Part shown: piece after piece, positions 13,249 through 27,584 of the stretch
Numbering within the stretch: position 1 is the stretch's first letter
Layout of the letters: each line of letters begins with the position of its first letter
Assembly (NCBI RefSeq): GCF_006345805.1
Contig: NC_043003.1
Span: forward strand, 27,156,001 to 27,220,000
Origin: Octopus sinensis
Lineage: Eukaryota
Length of the DNA stretch: 64,000 nt
Direction of reading: 5' to 3'
Translations under genes and position numbers: made by a program
The notes under the pieces: model-generated
The model's database searches: none
What the model saw: the letters and a program-made list of their open reading frames with translations, nothing else
Told to the model about the DNA's origin: nothing

Positions 13249-14020
13249 CCGTATATAGTCGTGTAAAAGTCGAATCTTTTAGACAATGTTTTACGGTCAA
13301 ATTTATGCGGTCAACTATTACATGGATACTACTTTTGAGAAGCTGAAATTCAAGCCAGAATCCGAATTACCATATCAGCAGTAGAAGTCCAACTGATCCC
13401 TATGCGAATGAAAACAAAAACACAATAAATTACAGTAATATTACCAATTCTATGCATCAAAACACACGTCCTAGTAAACTATAAAGGTCGCATGGGAACT
13501 ACTGATCTAACGATTAATTAAATGTTTTTAGGCTTACCAAAGTCATACCTTTGTACGAATTTAGACAGTGGCGTGTGCCGGTGTTCGCCAATAGTGCTGT
13601 CTATGAAACACGTTTCTCACCATGTCGACAACGAGTGTATGACGCATGTGTTTATTGTGCTTGAAATGTATGCAGGCTTACAGCATATCCTGTGTAAACA
13701 TTTTAGTAATGGTGATGTAGCGTCCATCAACAGATGTGTAGTACTCGCTATTAAATAGTGTTTTACTATAAGCACCGAGCATTCCATTATAGCATCAAGC
13801 ATTCTCCTTATAGAGCAGGCTACAGTAAGGTAGCCATATAATTTTGTAGCTGTTATTTCTACGTACAGGATAATACGGTACCTTGACCCGAAAATGTTGT
13901 CCTGTTGTTCGTGAAATACTAGGGTTGACTTTTATACGGGGTCTATGGAAATTTCCCAATTTTGGGGCCAAAAATAATGGGGTCGACTTTTACATGAGAT
14001 CGACTATTACGCGGAAACGG
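13249..14020. mobile_element. pogo/Tc2-type non-autonomous DNA transposon relic
   Basis: Left end TA-ccgtatatagtcgtgtaaaagtcga. Right end tcgactattacgcggaaacgg with repeated subterminal gtcgact/gttgact motifs. Confidence 0.5.
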
Positions 14021-14097
14021 CCCACCTACACTAAAACGATGGCGCAGAAGCTAACACGTTCATTTATTATTTTGTTCTTTTTCTGTAACTGTTTCAG

Positions 14098-14121
14098 CAA
14101 AGAAAAGGCGCACTACAGGCG
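14098..14121 (+). CDS. Candidate 24-bp micro-exon
   Basis: Branch-like gctaac (14050), tract ttttgttctttttctgtaactgtttcag and donor gtgagt. Phase 1 (T)KKRRTTG or phase 0 QRKGALQA. Confidence 0.55.
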
Positions 14122-14259
14122 GTGAGTTCGTGTCACATTCTCTTTAATGAACTTTCACTTTCTTTTTTATATGCATTTTGCTATTTACTTTATTTACCGT
14201 GCGTTTCTATTATTTTATTGTTTTCTTCTTCATATGTATTTTGTTTCTTGATCTGTCAT

Positions 14260-14316
<57 letters not shown>

Positions 14317-15352
14317 AATATTATGAACAAAGGATTATATCCCTTCTAATAACTGTCCACTGGGGACAACATTCCTTTAGAAACATTGGATTTCGAATAT
14401 GAAACGCTCCAATTGAACTGTTCACAACTATCAGAGCGCTAGGTTACAAAGAAATGCCTCTTCTGCTTGATAGAACGAGGTAACAGGGTATTACTATTAT
14501 AAAATATCAGCTTGAAACAAATATCTACACCTCAAATGATATTTCGAAAACGGCTTTTGAATTTTTTTATAGTTATAACTAAAATTAAAATATTGGCTAT
14601 TATAAGAGATCTTCATAATGTAAACTACTAGCGACCTATGAAGAAATTAAAGCAAGGTATAATCCTCTGTTCTCCTTAGAAGTAAGCACATGCAGTGCCA
14701 TAAAATTTCTAAAAGTAGTACATGCACGCTTCTTTAATAATCACTGATTTCGTTTACTCTTCCACAAAAACACAATTAAACACCACCGATTCGCTGATGC
14801 ATATTAACAAAAATCTTAATCCTTCAAATATCTGGCACACTATCGCAACATGTAGTTGCATAAATCTGGCCTCATTTTGATCAGATGGACGATATCTCAC
14901 AAGTTGTATTATCTATTTTGCAGACCCATTCAAGCTGCGATACAAACAACATGCGCATACTTTTTAGAACCCAGCCATATACACACCACATTGTCAATAT
15001 ATATTAGGACTGTAAGGAATGAATGCATTAAATCAGAGACCACGTAGAAAATTTTTGAGATATTCGAAAAATGTAACAAACATTAGGGATACATATATAT
15101 GTATGTATGTGTATATAATTTACATGCACATATGTATATATGTATATATATATATATGTATATATATGCATATATACATATAAATAAATACATATACATA
15201 CATACATATTAATATATATATATAGAAATGCATATTAATATATAGTAGTATATATATACATATGTATGTATGTCTGTCTGTCTGTCTGTATGTATGTATG
15301 TATGTATGTATGTATGTGTGTGTGTATATGCATATATATATTCATATATATA

Positions 15353-15425
<73 letters not shown>

Positions 15426-15559
15426 TTCATATATATACATCTATGTATACATGCATGCATGTAAAGCATTCATGTGGTATACAGACGTAATTTTTTTCTA
15501 ACTTCCTTACTTTTCTTTTCGCTTTTCTGTTTACTCGTTGTCTCTCTTTTTGGTTTATA

Positions 15560-15590
15560 CTGATGAAGGGTTTAAATCCGAAACATTTGA
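15560..15590 (+). ncRNA. Hammerhead core with broken stems I/III
   Basis: CTGATGA A GGGTTT-AAATCC GAAAC att. Both conserved boxes are present but there is no clear GUH site or stem I. Confidence 0.45.
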
Positions 15591-16889
15591 GACATTTCTA
15601 TTTCTTTCAGCGTGAACTTTTATTTTATCTTGTCTTTCGTGTTCTTATCTGCTCGCGTGTGTGTGTGTGTATACACATGTGTGTGCGTGTGTGTGTTAGT
15701 GTGAAAAATATACTTTTGTTTCGAAGTAGAGGAAACGCGTTCGATTCTTGTTTGCCACTGAAAGCACTTTAAATCAATAATTCCTGTTATATGATCGTCC
15801 AGCTTTGACCGAATCTAGACTGATACACACTATAAATTGCATGTGATGTTGGATGGTGGTATTTATTCTTTGAAGAAGGTAATCTTCTATTGTTGATGCT
15901 GTTGTTGTTGTTATTTTTATTTATGTTTACTTGTTTTGTCATTTTTTAATTTATATGTTTGCTTGTTTTGTTTGTTTGTTTGTTTGTTTTTGTGTTTTGT
16001 TTGTACTTTAATTTTTCAAAATTTTAATGCAGAATTCTTTACGTTCCGCGTCCAAGTTCCGCCGAGATCAAATTTGCCTTTCATCCTTCGGGAATCGAGA
16101 AAATTACGTACGGGTCAGTGTTAGAAATCAGTTTTAATGCAGAAGAATTGTAACCGGCAAACAGACCTGCACTAATCTGGTCTCTACTTGGATTTAAAAT
16201 CCTTTGTAACAGCACTGTGTTCCATTCTTACATGAATCCTTTAACTCATGTTAGCATTTATTTTGTTTTACGCGTTAATAACTTGAAAAAGAAAAAATGA
16301 AGTCTGTCTAGAACCTACAGGTTCATCAGACTCAAAGATCACGAACCCAACACATTAATTACTAAGTGATGCGCCTTGGTTAGTAACAATATAGTTTTTT
16401 TTTTTTTTTTAAACAGAAAGAAACAACGTATCGATAAGCTAAAGGTTGAATATATATTTCTTTAATTAACCGAACAGTCGAGACTCTTATAGACTTAAGT
16501 TTAAAGTTTGATAACCGTTTCCAAGAGATCAATTTCAAATTGAAAGTATAAATTCTACAAACGTATCCTGTGTCTACAACAACCAACAATATTGTCTTTA
16601 AAAAGGAGAACTCATTGGATAATGTGCTTCTAGTTTCATTGCTATGGAAGTAATGCTTTTGATCAAAGAACTTTTCGTTTACGTCTGACCTAGGGTTAAA
16701 TAGCAGCTACAACCCAAAATCATTGAGAAGAAGCATGATAAAATCTAATGTTATTTACTCAATATATGAAGAGCCGTTCTTGCTATCTCGTACATTATAT
16801 CAACATGCATAGAAACGCTGTCTTACCCGTTGGTCTACTGATAGATGACAACAAAATCTCCACCATGATGCTTAAGAAATGGCAAAATA

Positions 16890-19400
16890 TTGCAGAAACG
16901 ATACTGGCTTGTCTTTAGTGTTTGTGAACGAACTTACTCCCGAGAATGGAGTTCAGTTCAGTCTACTCCATCGATAATTTTCTGGAGCTTGGAGTCATCT
17001 GCGACTGCTTTTTCTTGTTTTTATATTTTTATTTTGATGACGCTTGAGATACCATTTATATGGACTATAAAGAGAAGCAGGCCCAAATCAGTCGCCTTTT
17101 GTTGGGCTTGAGTGGATTCCATTAGTGATTTTTGCTGGGTTTGAGTGGATCCCACTGATCGCAACATGCTGTGTTCTGTTTGCCTGGAAATACGTAATCC
17201 AGAGTGGCAGTTTGCTACGGATTCTAGTTCTGCGCAATTTTAACTGGAGGATATTGTGGTCAACTCTGCCGAACGCTTCGCTGAAATCCAAATATCAGAA
17301 CCTAAGCTTTGAGGACATCACCGATGTGATGTAAAAGCTTTGTAAGACAGTCCCTACTGTATCGAAAGCCATGCTGGTTGGAATTTAAAAGGTTGTGGCT
17401 TTCCAGAAAGCCAGTTATCTTTGGTTTTTTACCATCCTTTCAAATATTTTGATGATGTGTGAGGTGAGGGAGATGGGGCGAGAGTTAACTGCAAGAAACA
17501 TACTTCCCTTTTTGAATACCCAGATGACAGATTGGGATAAGAACTGTTTCAGTATATCGCCTGAATTTAAAGAATTTCTCCAGAGATTTGTTAGAAGTGT
17601 TGCTAATTGGTGCCTACATTCCTTCGGGACAGTTGCGGGGAATCTATCAGGGCCTACAGCAGAATAATACTTGATTTCATTTATTGCTACTATGATGTCT
17701 GAGGTAGTAAAAGTTATGTTTGAGATTATGTTGGGGGTTGAGTTCGTTCAGATCCCTTGCGTCAATATTAATGGAATCACTAAAGACAGACCAGTATTGT
17801 TTCTGCAATATTTCTGCTATTTCTCAAGAGTCATGGTGGAGAATGCTGTTATCCTTTACCACAAAGAAAGTGAAATATGAAAGACGTTACTCGTCATTTC
17901 AATATCTGGCAAAATTGTTGTGTTGATTGATCTGTGACTACCAGATCCAGATGAAATGAAATAGGTTGGGTGTTTCTTGACTATCACCAAGCTTATTGGA
18001 CCTTCACAGTACAAGAACTTACTCAGTTTTGTGAAAATCATGAAAGTAGCTTTGACTGACGTGGACACTCATTAGTCACCTTGTATTCTACCGTTTTACT
18101 TTTATACTTTGTGTTTTTTTCTTCTTCAAACGGCCGCAGTCGAGATGTGTTTCGCATCACCGCACCAGGAATCTCAGCTTCCAACCAATACCTTTAGTAG
18201 ATCTTCAGTTCCATGCTGTGTACCTCTCCAATAACAGTGATATAGTTGAGTGGTCTTAGTCCTGTATAGGGGTGCAGAAGTTTTCGAAATATCTGATATG
18301 GGTTATTATTCAGCATGATAGCTTCAACCAGTGAAGTTGTCCTTGCATTTAGTAATAGTAGTAGTGATGGATGTAAGTTGTTCATAAATCTTTTTGGTCT
18401 TGTGCAAACGCCAACAGATGCCCTAAGCCTTCGTGGAAAACACAGTGTACGTGCCATCAATGCAGCCTTCAAAACTCCTCAATAACCCAGGTTTCTGTTT
18501 CATTGAGATGAGTGTTCTCGACACACGTCCTGAAGAAAGCCAGTCTTAACTTTAAAAATATTGGATTGCCAGGTGGTTTTAAGCTTGTTCAGACACGCCA
18601 AAGTTGTCTTTTGCATATCAAGAATCTTTGTTACTGTCAGCAATATAAGACCCATTTCGAGTCACTGAGGTTATATTTGGTTTGCTTTGATAGTTTGATG
18701 TTTTCCTTTGATATAACCGTGTTCTTGCATTCAAACGATATGCCACGCAAACAGTCCCATATCTTTATCCAATTCATTTTCATGTCATTGAATACACCCT
18801 CCTCCTCAGTATCATAGAAGGAAGAATGCAACTGTAAGCTTTACTCCTCGGCAACGAGACATTATTGATCTCATAACTATTATATTCTGCACCCAGCCCT
18901 AACATTTCTAATGCGATGCAAAGAATCATTAGCTCTTACTCAAAGGCGAATATTTTTAGCATTGCTAAAGCTATTTCAACGGAATAATCGGTTTGTTCTT
19001 GAAGTCAATAATTACAACGCTAAGAAAATCTACATGGAAAGACTCAATTCCAATTTCGAGCAGTGCATGAATGGATCACTTTCTACCACTGGACCTAAAT
19101 ACAAGCCACATCCAACTCCACTCGAAATTAATTGTTGTAACTCTACCTCTATATTTCTCGTCACCCACACTGCGAGTATTCTACTTGATCTACAGAATAT
19201 TACCTGAACTCCTTTACTTACAGAACTTATCGTCACATTCAATCCTTTCTTCACCTTGCAATCCTGAAACACAATTAACCAGCAATTATAAAAAACTGCA
19301 CCATTTTGTATCTGCAGTGATCTGCAATATTGCTCGCAGTAGAGATGCTATGCAATTCTCTCTTAGGACACGATGACAAGAGTGAACCAAATAATCTGTA
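16890..19400 (-). pseudogene. Degenerate CR1/L2-group LINE (RT and upstream regions)
   Basis: DFSEAFGRVDHNILQLKL...LWITYFQANRTQHVAISG (RT motif 3 region) and RPISLTSHIIKIFERMV near 17430-17480. Many stops. Confidence 0.75.
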
Positions 19401-19928
19401 AAGTATCTAAATGTTTAAATACAAATGCACGCAATCGCGGCGAAATTATCAGATTTGACAGAGCCCTGGGCTAAGAAAACATTTAGTTTCACCCCTCTAG
19501 TTTCTCAGCTCGAATCTCGCAGTGGCCAACTTTATCTTTCATACCGTGGTGGTGGTAAGGCGATAAAACTAACATCCAGTATTGTACTGGGAAGGATTCC
19601 ACCAACTATATAACTATATAACTATATATTTGTAAAGCCATGCTTTATAAATATTCGTGTTTTCTCTGAATCAATAGATACCAATAATAAACGGGATTTA
19701 ACTTTGAATTTCAGTGCCGTTGTTGATGGAATCAAGTGATGAGAGTGAGTATGCTAAATCTTGATTTGCATCAGATAATCAGGTTTACATTATAATACAG
19801 TACTCTTTTAAAACTGAATTAAGACATATTATAGATATTGATTCAACAAGACATGAGGTCTCAAATTTTCGGAGTAAAGGAGAGAGAAAAGTCATGCCAC
19901 TCGCAAGGGTAATTCTTTATTACTATTA

Positions 19929-19985
<57 letters not shown>

Positions 19986-20024
19986 CATCATCATCATCAT
20001 TTTCATCATCATCATTATTATTAT

Positions 20025-20135
20025 TAAGGCTGCGAGCTGGCAGAATCATTAGCACACCGGGTGAAATGCTAATTGGTATTTCATGTCTTCACGTTCTGAG
20101 TTCAAATTCTGTCAAGGCCGACTTTGCTTTCTTCC
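20025..20135 (+). mobile_element. SINE family C 5' part after (TTA)n
   Basis: aaggctgcgagctggcagaatc...ctgagttcaaattc carries A/B boxes. Confidence 0.75.
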
Positions 20136-20139
20136 ATTT

Positions 20140-21930
20140 TTAAATTTCCGAGTATCTGAGATAGATAGCAATCAGCCCGTTTTGCTATCATTCCTTGGGT
20201 ACCTTATGACAACAGTCATTGGTTTAGTCTTGAGGTTCTTTAAGCTGTTGATCTGGTAGCTCCTTGTAGATAGGCATTGATCCTGGACTGCTATGATAAA
20301 CTCTTCCTTCTCTGATTTCAAGCCAGAAGATACTAACCAGTGATGCGTTAGCCGTTATTAGCTCTCTTGAGGTATTTGCCATTGAGAGGTTTTTCTTGCT
20401 ATTTATCAGTAAGAATACCTAAAGTAGCAGTTTTAGCAAGGGTGTTCATACGCTTAACTTTTTCTGTGCTTGTTTCCAGTATGTCTAATTCAGGGACTTG
20501 CTATGAGCTGTTCCAAGTTGTGCGTCCTTCTGGAATGCATAAACATTTATGTTGCTCGAGATACTAAATTTAGTGAACGTTTCCATTTCCTTCATCATGC
20601 GTCCTAGTGCCCCAGTGACCATTGACATTATCTCGGTTTTTATATTCCACATTCTGTTGCTTTCACTCTCTAGGATTTTGTAGTTAGTCAACTTCTCTCT
20701 GACTTTCCCCGAAGGTGCTATTTACACCACCTATGTGTCTTTACCTTGATAATACTGCCATAATTGTTAGCTCTTATCTTTCTACCAGTGTGGATGGGGA
20801 TCGCTAGTCTTTGTTTCATCAATATCTCCTTCAGAACTTCCCAGTTTTGCTGCATGTTTCCAGTAATCTGTGCTGTTTTCTTGTATTGTTTCTGGGCTGC
20901 CCCTTGTTTGACGTACATCTCACGGGCCATCAGTGGTAATTTCTGCTTAAACTTTCTTTTTACCAGCTGCTAGTGCTTCATCAAAACCAAAGTTCGCATT
21001 TTGGTTTGCTTTACTGTGGTTGAGAAGAACTGTCGTGTTGCATAGAGCCATCTTGTGCTCTAAAAAATTTGTAATAACTGGAAAGACTCTATATATTTGT
21101 ACTGCTGAGTAATCCAAGAGTAAGGTACACCATAGAAGACTTTTCGGCAGTCTATGTATGCTGTGCTTAGTTTTCATTTTATGATAGTTTTCAAGTGCTA
21201 TGTTGTTGATGAGTTGGTCTTGGCAGTCATATAAGCTTTTTTTGACAGCCCTTCTGTTCAACAAGAAATATGTTGTTTTCAAAAAAAGTATGTCTGCTAT
21301 TATAAGGATTATTAACGCAACGAGCTGGCTGAATTGCTAGCACACCTCACAAAATGCTTAGAAGTATTTCGTCCGTCTTTTCGTTCTGAAGTTCAAATTC
21401 CGCCGAGGCCGACTTTACTTTCCACCCTTTCGGGATCGATAAAATAAGTAACAGTTGCTCACTGAGATCGATGTAATTGACTTACCTTGTCCCATGAAAT
21501 CGCTGGCCTTGTGTCAGAATTTGAAATCATTATTATTTAATGAAAACTCTCAGCTTATTTTGCTGGGTATGATGGAAAGTGTCAGCTGTCCACAGCCAGC
21601 AGACTAAAGTACACTTGTTCACTAGTCATGCTTCAAGAACCTTGCGAAGAATTATTACAGTTCCAAGCAATGTAGGTGTTCTGTCTTTACAATTATACCA
21701 ATCATTTTGAGCCATGTTGCTAGTTGAGTACTGATACTTCCAAGTGCGCCAATTGCACTTGGTATTACATCTACTCTCCTCATTTCTACAGCCTTCGTAT
21801 TTCCTACTTCAAATCGTCGTAGTTGTTCAGTTTTTCTTCTTTTTTTTGGTGGGGTGGGGTCTTGTTATGCTATGTCGATTATTATGCAAGTTCTTTCTTT
21901 TTTATTCTCTACAACAATGTCCGATTTCCG
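20140..21930 (-). pseudogene. Scrambled R4/Dong-like LINE fragments with a family C SINE (21315-21525)
   Basis: RMWNIKTEIMSMVTGALG and WLVSSGLKSEKEEFIIAVQDQC-like remnants parallel the 37985-38800 ORF. Confidence 0.6.
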
Positions 21931-21985
<55 letters not shown>

Positions 21986-21993
21986 TATTACTA

Positions 21994-22027
<34 letters not shown>

Positions 22028-22065
22028 CATCATCATCATCATCATCATTATTATTATTATTATTG

Positions 22066-22123
<58 letters not shown>

Positions 22124-22137
22124 CATCATCATCATCA

Positions 22138-22204
<67 letters not shown>

Positions 22205-22236
22205 CATTATTATTATTATTATTACTATTATTATTA
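21930..22236. repeat. (TTA)n/(TCA)n compound microsatellite
   Basis: About 300 bp of trinucleotide repeat. Confidence 0.97.
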
Positions 22237-22600
22237 AGGCAGTGAGCTGGCAGAATCGTTAAAGCATCGGACAAAATGCTTGGCGGCATTTCTTCTGGCT
22301 CTTTACGATCGGAATCCCAACCCCACCACGGTCAACTTTGCTCTTTATCCTTCTGGGGTCAATAGGATACAATGCCAGTTGAATACATGGGGCGAAGTTA
22401 TCGAATAATGCCATTCCCTCAAAATTTCTGGTTTTATACAATGATCATTGTTTTTAATTCAAATCCCACATGAGTTAACTTCGTCCTTCATTTTTCCAGA
22501 GTCGATAAAATAAAGTACCAGTCAGTTACTAGGGTCAATGTCATCGATTACACACCTCCCCAACAAAATTTGAGACCTTATGTCTATGTTAAAAATCATT
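22236..22600 (+). mobile_element. SINE family C (one full degenerate copy plus a partial copy)
   Basis: aaggcagtgagctggcagaatcgtt head. A second partial body begins near 22455. Confidence 0.7.
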
Positions 22601-22750
22601 TGAATGGTTAAAACTTTTGAGAATATTGTAGAGATTTGGTTGTAAAACCGTAAATAACCTTGCGTTGTTTCTGCTTTTATTGTGCCCTGAGCCCGAAAAT
22701 ATATTAATAAAATTGTAAGTACTGTCGCTTGTTTAATGCTTCTATCGTAG

Positions 22751-22812
22751 CCTGTGCGTTTAGTAAAGGAAACATATCACTGCAAGCTGATGATACGTTC
22801 ATTAGTTGCATG
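22751..22812 (+). CDS. Candidate 62-bp exon
   Basis: Acceptor ttgtttaatgcttctatcgtag and donor gtgagt. Open in phase 1 (ACAFSKGNISLQADDTFISCM) and phase 0 (PVRLVKETYHCKLMIRSLVA). Confidence 0.45.
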
Positions 22813-23868
22813 GTGAGTTCTACCTACACTTAGGTGTACTGAGCTTGTTAATGTTTCTCGACGCAGGATCGTTGGCAGGACATGATTTACCTTGACTGGT
22901 TTTCTAATACGTTATTAATCCTATCTGCTCCATTATCTATGGTTCTCAGGTTAACGGTAGTACAAACCCAGACGGTTTAGTGGTAGATAAACTAAAGCAC
23001 TAACAGGGCTTCCCGAAAGAAAGCGTTCACTGTGCAGGAAAATGATAATGGAAGTAATTATATATTCAAGGGATGGAATTAAGTGAAACATTTACGTAGT
23101 CTTAGTAAGAATACCAAATATACATTTAAACATACATACATACATACATACATACATACATACATACATACATACATACATACATACACATGCGCACGCA
23201 CGCATGCACATACATGATGGCTGCAACAAGTTTTCGAGTAATGCCGTTGCTTGATATTGCTCTTGGACATGAGCAGCACGGATGTACCTTTTTATTCCTG
23301 CAAGGGACTTATTTTTTTCGCATAGATTTGGCAACGATAAGCACCTCTTTCAGTATGTGTCCAGAGAGTTTGGAACGTACGCTGACACATAACTTCATTC
23401 CATTTTATCGAAATTTTCATTGAGTGTTTTGTGTTTTGCCGTTTTTTGCCTACGAGCGATAGCATGCAACACATAATAGATACGTTAGAAATCAAGTGAT
23501 GCCTGTCCCCGATGTTTCTTAAATTGAGGAAAAGTACGCCTTACCCAAAAAGAACAAGTCAACATCACTGGATGCAAGCGAAGTCGTAGACATTACATTA
23601 GTCTTCGTTCTCCTGTTGGATGGCTGTTGACTACTGTGCTCATCTGTCCTACGGCAGGTTTTCCTTTTCATCCTTCAAAGTGTCCAACAAAAACGATCAT
23701 TCTTAGGAAGCATGATTGATAGGTTTGACGATTCATTCGCTGCTGGCACGACCATGCGACAGGTTGTATTGGATTAAATGTTGCCGATAGCACTAAAAGC
23801 GACCTGACATACATACATACATACATACATACATACATACATACATACATACATACATACATACATAC

Positions 23869-23899
<31 letters not shown>

Positions 23900-23950
23900 C
23901 ATACATACATACATACATACATACATACATACATACATACATACATACAT

Positions 23951-24186
23951 TAGGGCACTAGGATATGTAACACACTGCCTAAATACCAATCTTGAGAAAT
24001 TAGGCTTCTCAAAACCAGAAAGGAGAAAGCTGATTTGAAGACTACAGATCAAAGCCATCACTGCAACTGTAAAAATCTATAAAACTTTCCAGAAATTTAT
24101 CATTTAAGTATATATGAGCCTGTCTAGATATGCAAGTATATGCATGAGAAGATATACATAAAATAAAACATACAAATCTGCATGTA
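23951..24186 (+). mobile_element. Extreme 3' end of an REL-type LINE inserted in (CATA)n
   Basis: ALGYVTHCLNTNLEKLGF...LI*RLQIKAITATVKIYKTF* resembles the GALG...LQK.A C-terminus of REL LINEs. Flanked by (CATA)n at 23807-23950 and 24187-24300. Confidence 0.6.
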
Positions 24187-24250
24187 TACATACATACGTA
24201 CGTACATACATACATACATACATACATACATACATACATACATACATACA

Positions 24251-24284
<34 letters not shown>

Positions 24285-25126
24285 CATACATACATACATA
24301 ATAGATATACGCGCAGTTTTCCGATTGATTTTACATAATCACTGCGAATATTTAGCACTTGGATATTAGAGAACAGATTGCTGCGTGCTTTCATTAATTT
24401 ACCTAATAAGCGAAACAACATATTACTCCAATCTACCAGATTTTACTTTCGTGTTTAGAGAAAACTTTTGTATTTGCCCTTAAATAGCTCTAAAATCTCA
24501 GATCAACAAATCATGTCCCTCCACTAAAACAAGATTGAGAACATATCCTAGAAATCTCTGTCACCCAATGACAGGAACATTTTAGTAAAATTTATTCGCT
24601 GCGCTATTTCATATAGTTACATAAATAAATATGGCAGTATATTTAAATTGTTTACTTCACACTTACGTGGTTTCCTGAGCTATTGGCTTCGACCTTAGAC
24701 TTACGTTAACTAATAACTTGTCTGTCAAACTGGATTCAGGGAAACTATATAGAAACTCACCTGACGTACTGAGCAGATTGATGGTTATTCGATTTAATCC
24801 GTTCCTTAATTTAACACCTCCATATATTCAGTGGAAACATTTAAGCGAACTTTACACTGAGCAGTCATTCGGATCTATGTTCTCGCTACGAACACAACTC
24901 AGCACCGCTCGATATATTTGGCAATGTTTCCTACAAGCAAGCCTCGAGAAGACAGCTTTTCTTTTCTCCTTCCATTAACCTGTCTTGGAGACGTAGTTTT
25001 AAAAGTCACGATGCTGCCCATCCGTCCCATACCCCATCTTCAATAAGTCATTAAAACAGAAGATAAAGTTAATCAGAATAATGCTATTGTTGTTCATTTT
25101 TTTAAATTGCTTATCTCACCTTACAG

Positions 25127-25156
25127 AACCTATGGAGTTGAAGATTATGTCCTTGG
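25127..25156 (+). CDS. Candidate 30-bp micro-exon
   Basis: Acceptor ttgcttatctcaccttacag and donor gtaagc. Phase 1 EPMELKIMSL or phase 2 TYGVEDYVL. Confidence 0.45.
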
Positions 25157-25303
25157 GTAAGCAAAAAACTATCTTGTTCGCGATGATTATATGTATCTCT
25201 CTCTCTCTATGCATAATATGTATAATATATATAACTATATCTATATCTATATGTATATGTATGTATATATATTATACATATATATTATATATATATATAT
25301 ATA

Positions 25304-25347
<44 letters not shown>

Positions 25348-25413
25348 GATATTTATACATATATATAAATATTATGTTTATATATGTAATATATTATACA
25401 TATACATATATAA

Positions 25414-25452
<39 letters not shown>

Positions 25453-25532
25453 TATATATAATATAATATATATGTATATTATATATATAATATATATATA
25501 ATATAGATATTGTATATATATATAGATATATG

Positions 25533-25588
<56 letters not shown>

Positions 25589-25922
25589 TATATATAATAT
25601 ATATAATATATATATATATATATTATATTATTCCGTAGTCGATATATCCGAAAAAAGAAGCACACCCTAAAACATTAGAGCAAGATATTTATAGAAGGTT
25701 GATTGTTACGCCCTGAGGCATATGACCTCTCTACAACTGGAGGATTAAAAAACGTCATGGTAAATATGATTTGTAACAAGAAAATATATACATCCGGAAT
25801 GACTCTGCAGGTAATATTTCTAGCGGAGAGCAGAGTTATCCCCCTATGAGTCATTCTCTGACCGGCTATAATAATCAACCTATATGTGATATATATATAT
25901 ATTATATATATATATAATATAG

Positions 25923-25959
<37 letters not shown>

Positions 25960-26207
25960 ATGTATATTATATATATATATACATAAATAATATATGCCTA
26001 TATCATATATATAATATAAGCATATATATATATACATATACATATATATATACATATATACATATATATACAGGCATATATATATGCATATATATAAATA
26101 TGTACATATATATACATACATAGACATACATACATATATACAAATACATATACATATATATATACATATATATATATTTATATATGCACATATATGTGTG
26201 TGTGTGT

Positions 26208-26580
26208 GTTAAATAAAATGAGACAACCAAGCCAAGGCTGTGTTGAATTTCCAAGACATTTATAAAGAGAAAGTTTGTCTTACAGCTGTACACACCCCTT
26301 TCCTTGAATAATGGAACTGTAACTATAGCATCTTTATATATATATATATATATTTATTTATTTATTTTTATTTCTGCATTCATTCTCCTATTTCCTTTAT
26401 ATACTCCTTATTTCCTTCCTTTTCCAAATAACTCCTTACAGTGAATATCTCCCTCTATTTAACCATCTCACATCGTTTCTAATGAAGGAATATCCCTAAA
26501 CCGTAAAACTAACTTTGTCTTTATAAATGTCCAGAAAATCCCAGACACCCTTGGGTTTGTTAGCTCATCTTATTTAATAT
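26208..26580. mobile_element. Old PLE-type mini-element with diverged ~75-bp inverted ends and a dead hammerhead (26479-26505, +)
   Basis: 26208-26285 is a diverged rc of 26501-26578. CTAATGA AGGAATATCC CTAAAC CGTA. Internal part resembles 45335-45390. Confidence 0.5.
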
Positions 26581-26640
26581 ATAGATGCTCATACAAGACC
26601 CGTAATAATACATATACTTTGTCTATATCTATATATATAT

Positions 26641-27390
<750 letters not shown>

Positions 27391-27412
27391 TTCATTTACT
27401 GCATATGCCGCG

Positions 27413-27520
<108 letters not shown>

Positions 27521-27584
27521 GTTATTGTTATTATTATTATTATTATCATCATCATCTCAGATTTTGTTGGAGCTCCTGGAGTCT

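Noticed and set aside
21744-22289. Long ORFs of poly-I/L/Y/N, and the many IYIY, CVCV and THTH ORFs elsewhere
   Set aside because: These are stop-free microsatellite translations, not genes.
23205-23806. Unique-looking 600-bp segment between (CATA)n arrays
   Set aside because: It is probably a transposon relic, but no motif or termini could be identified.
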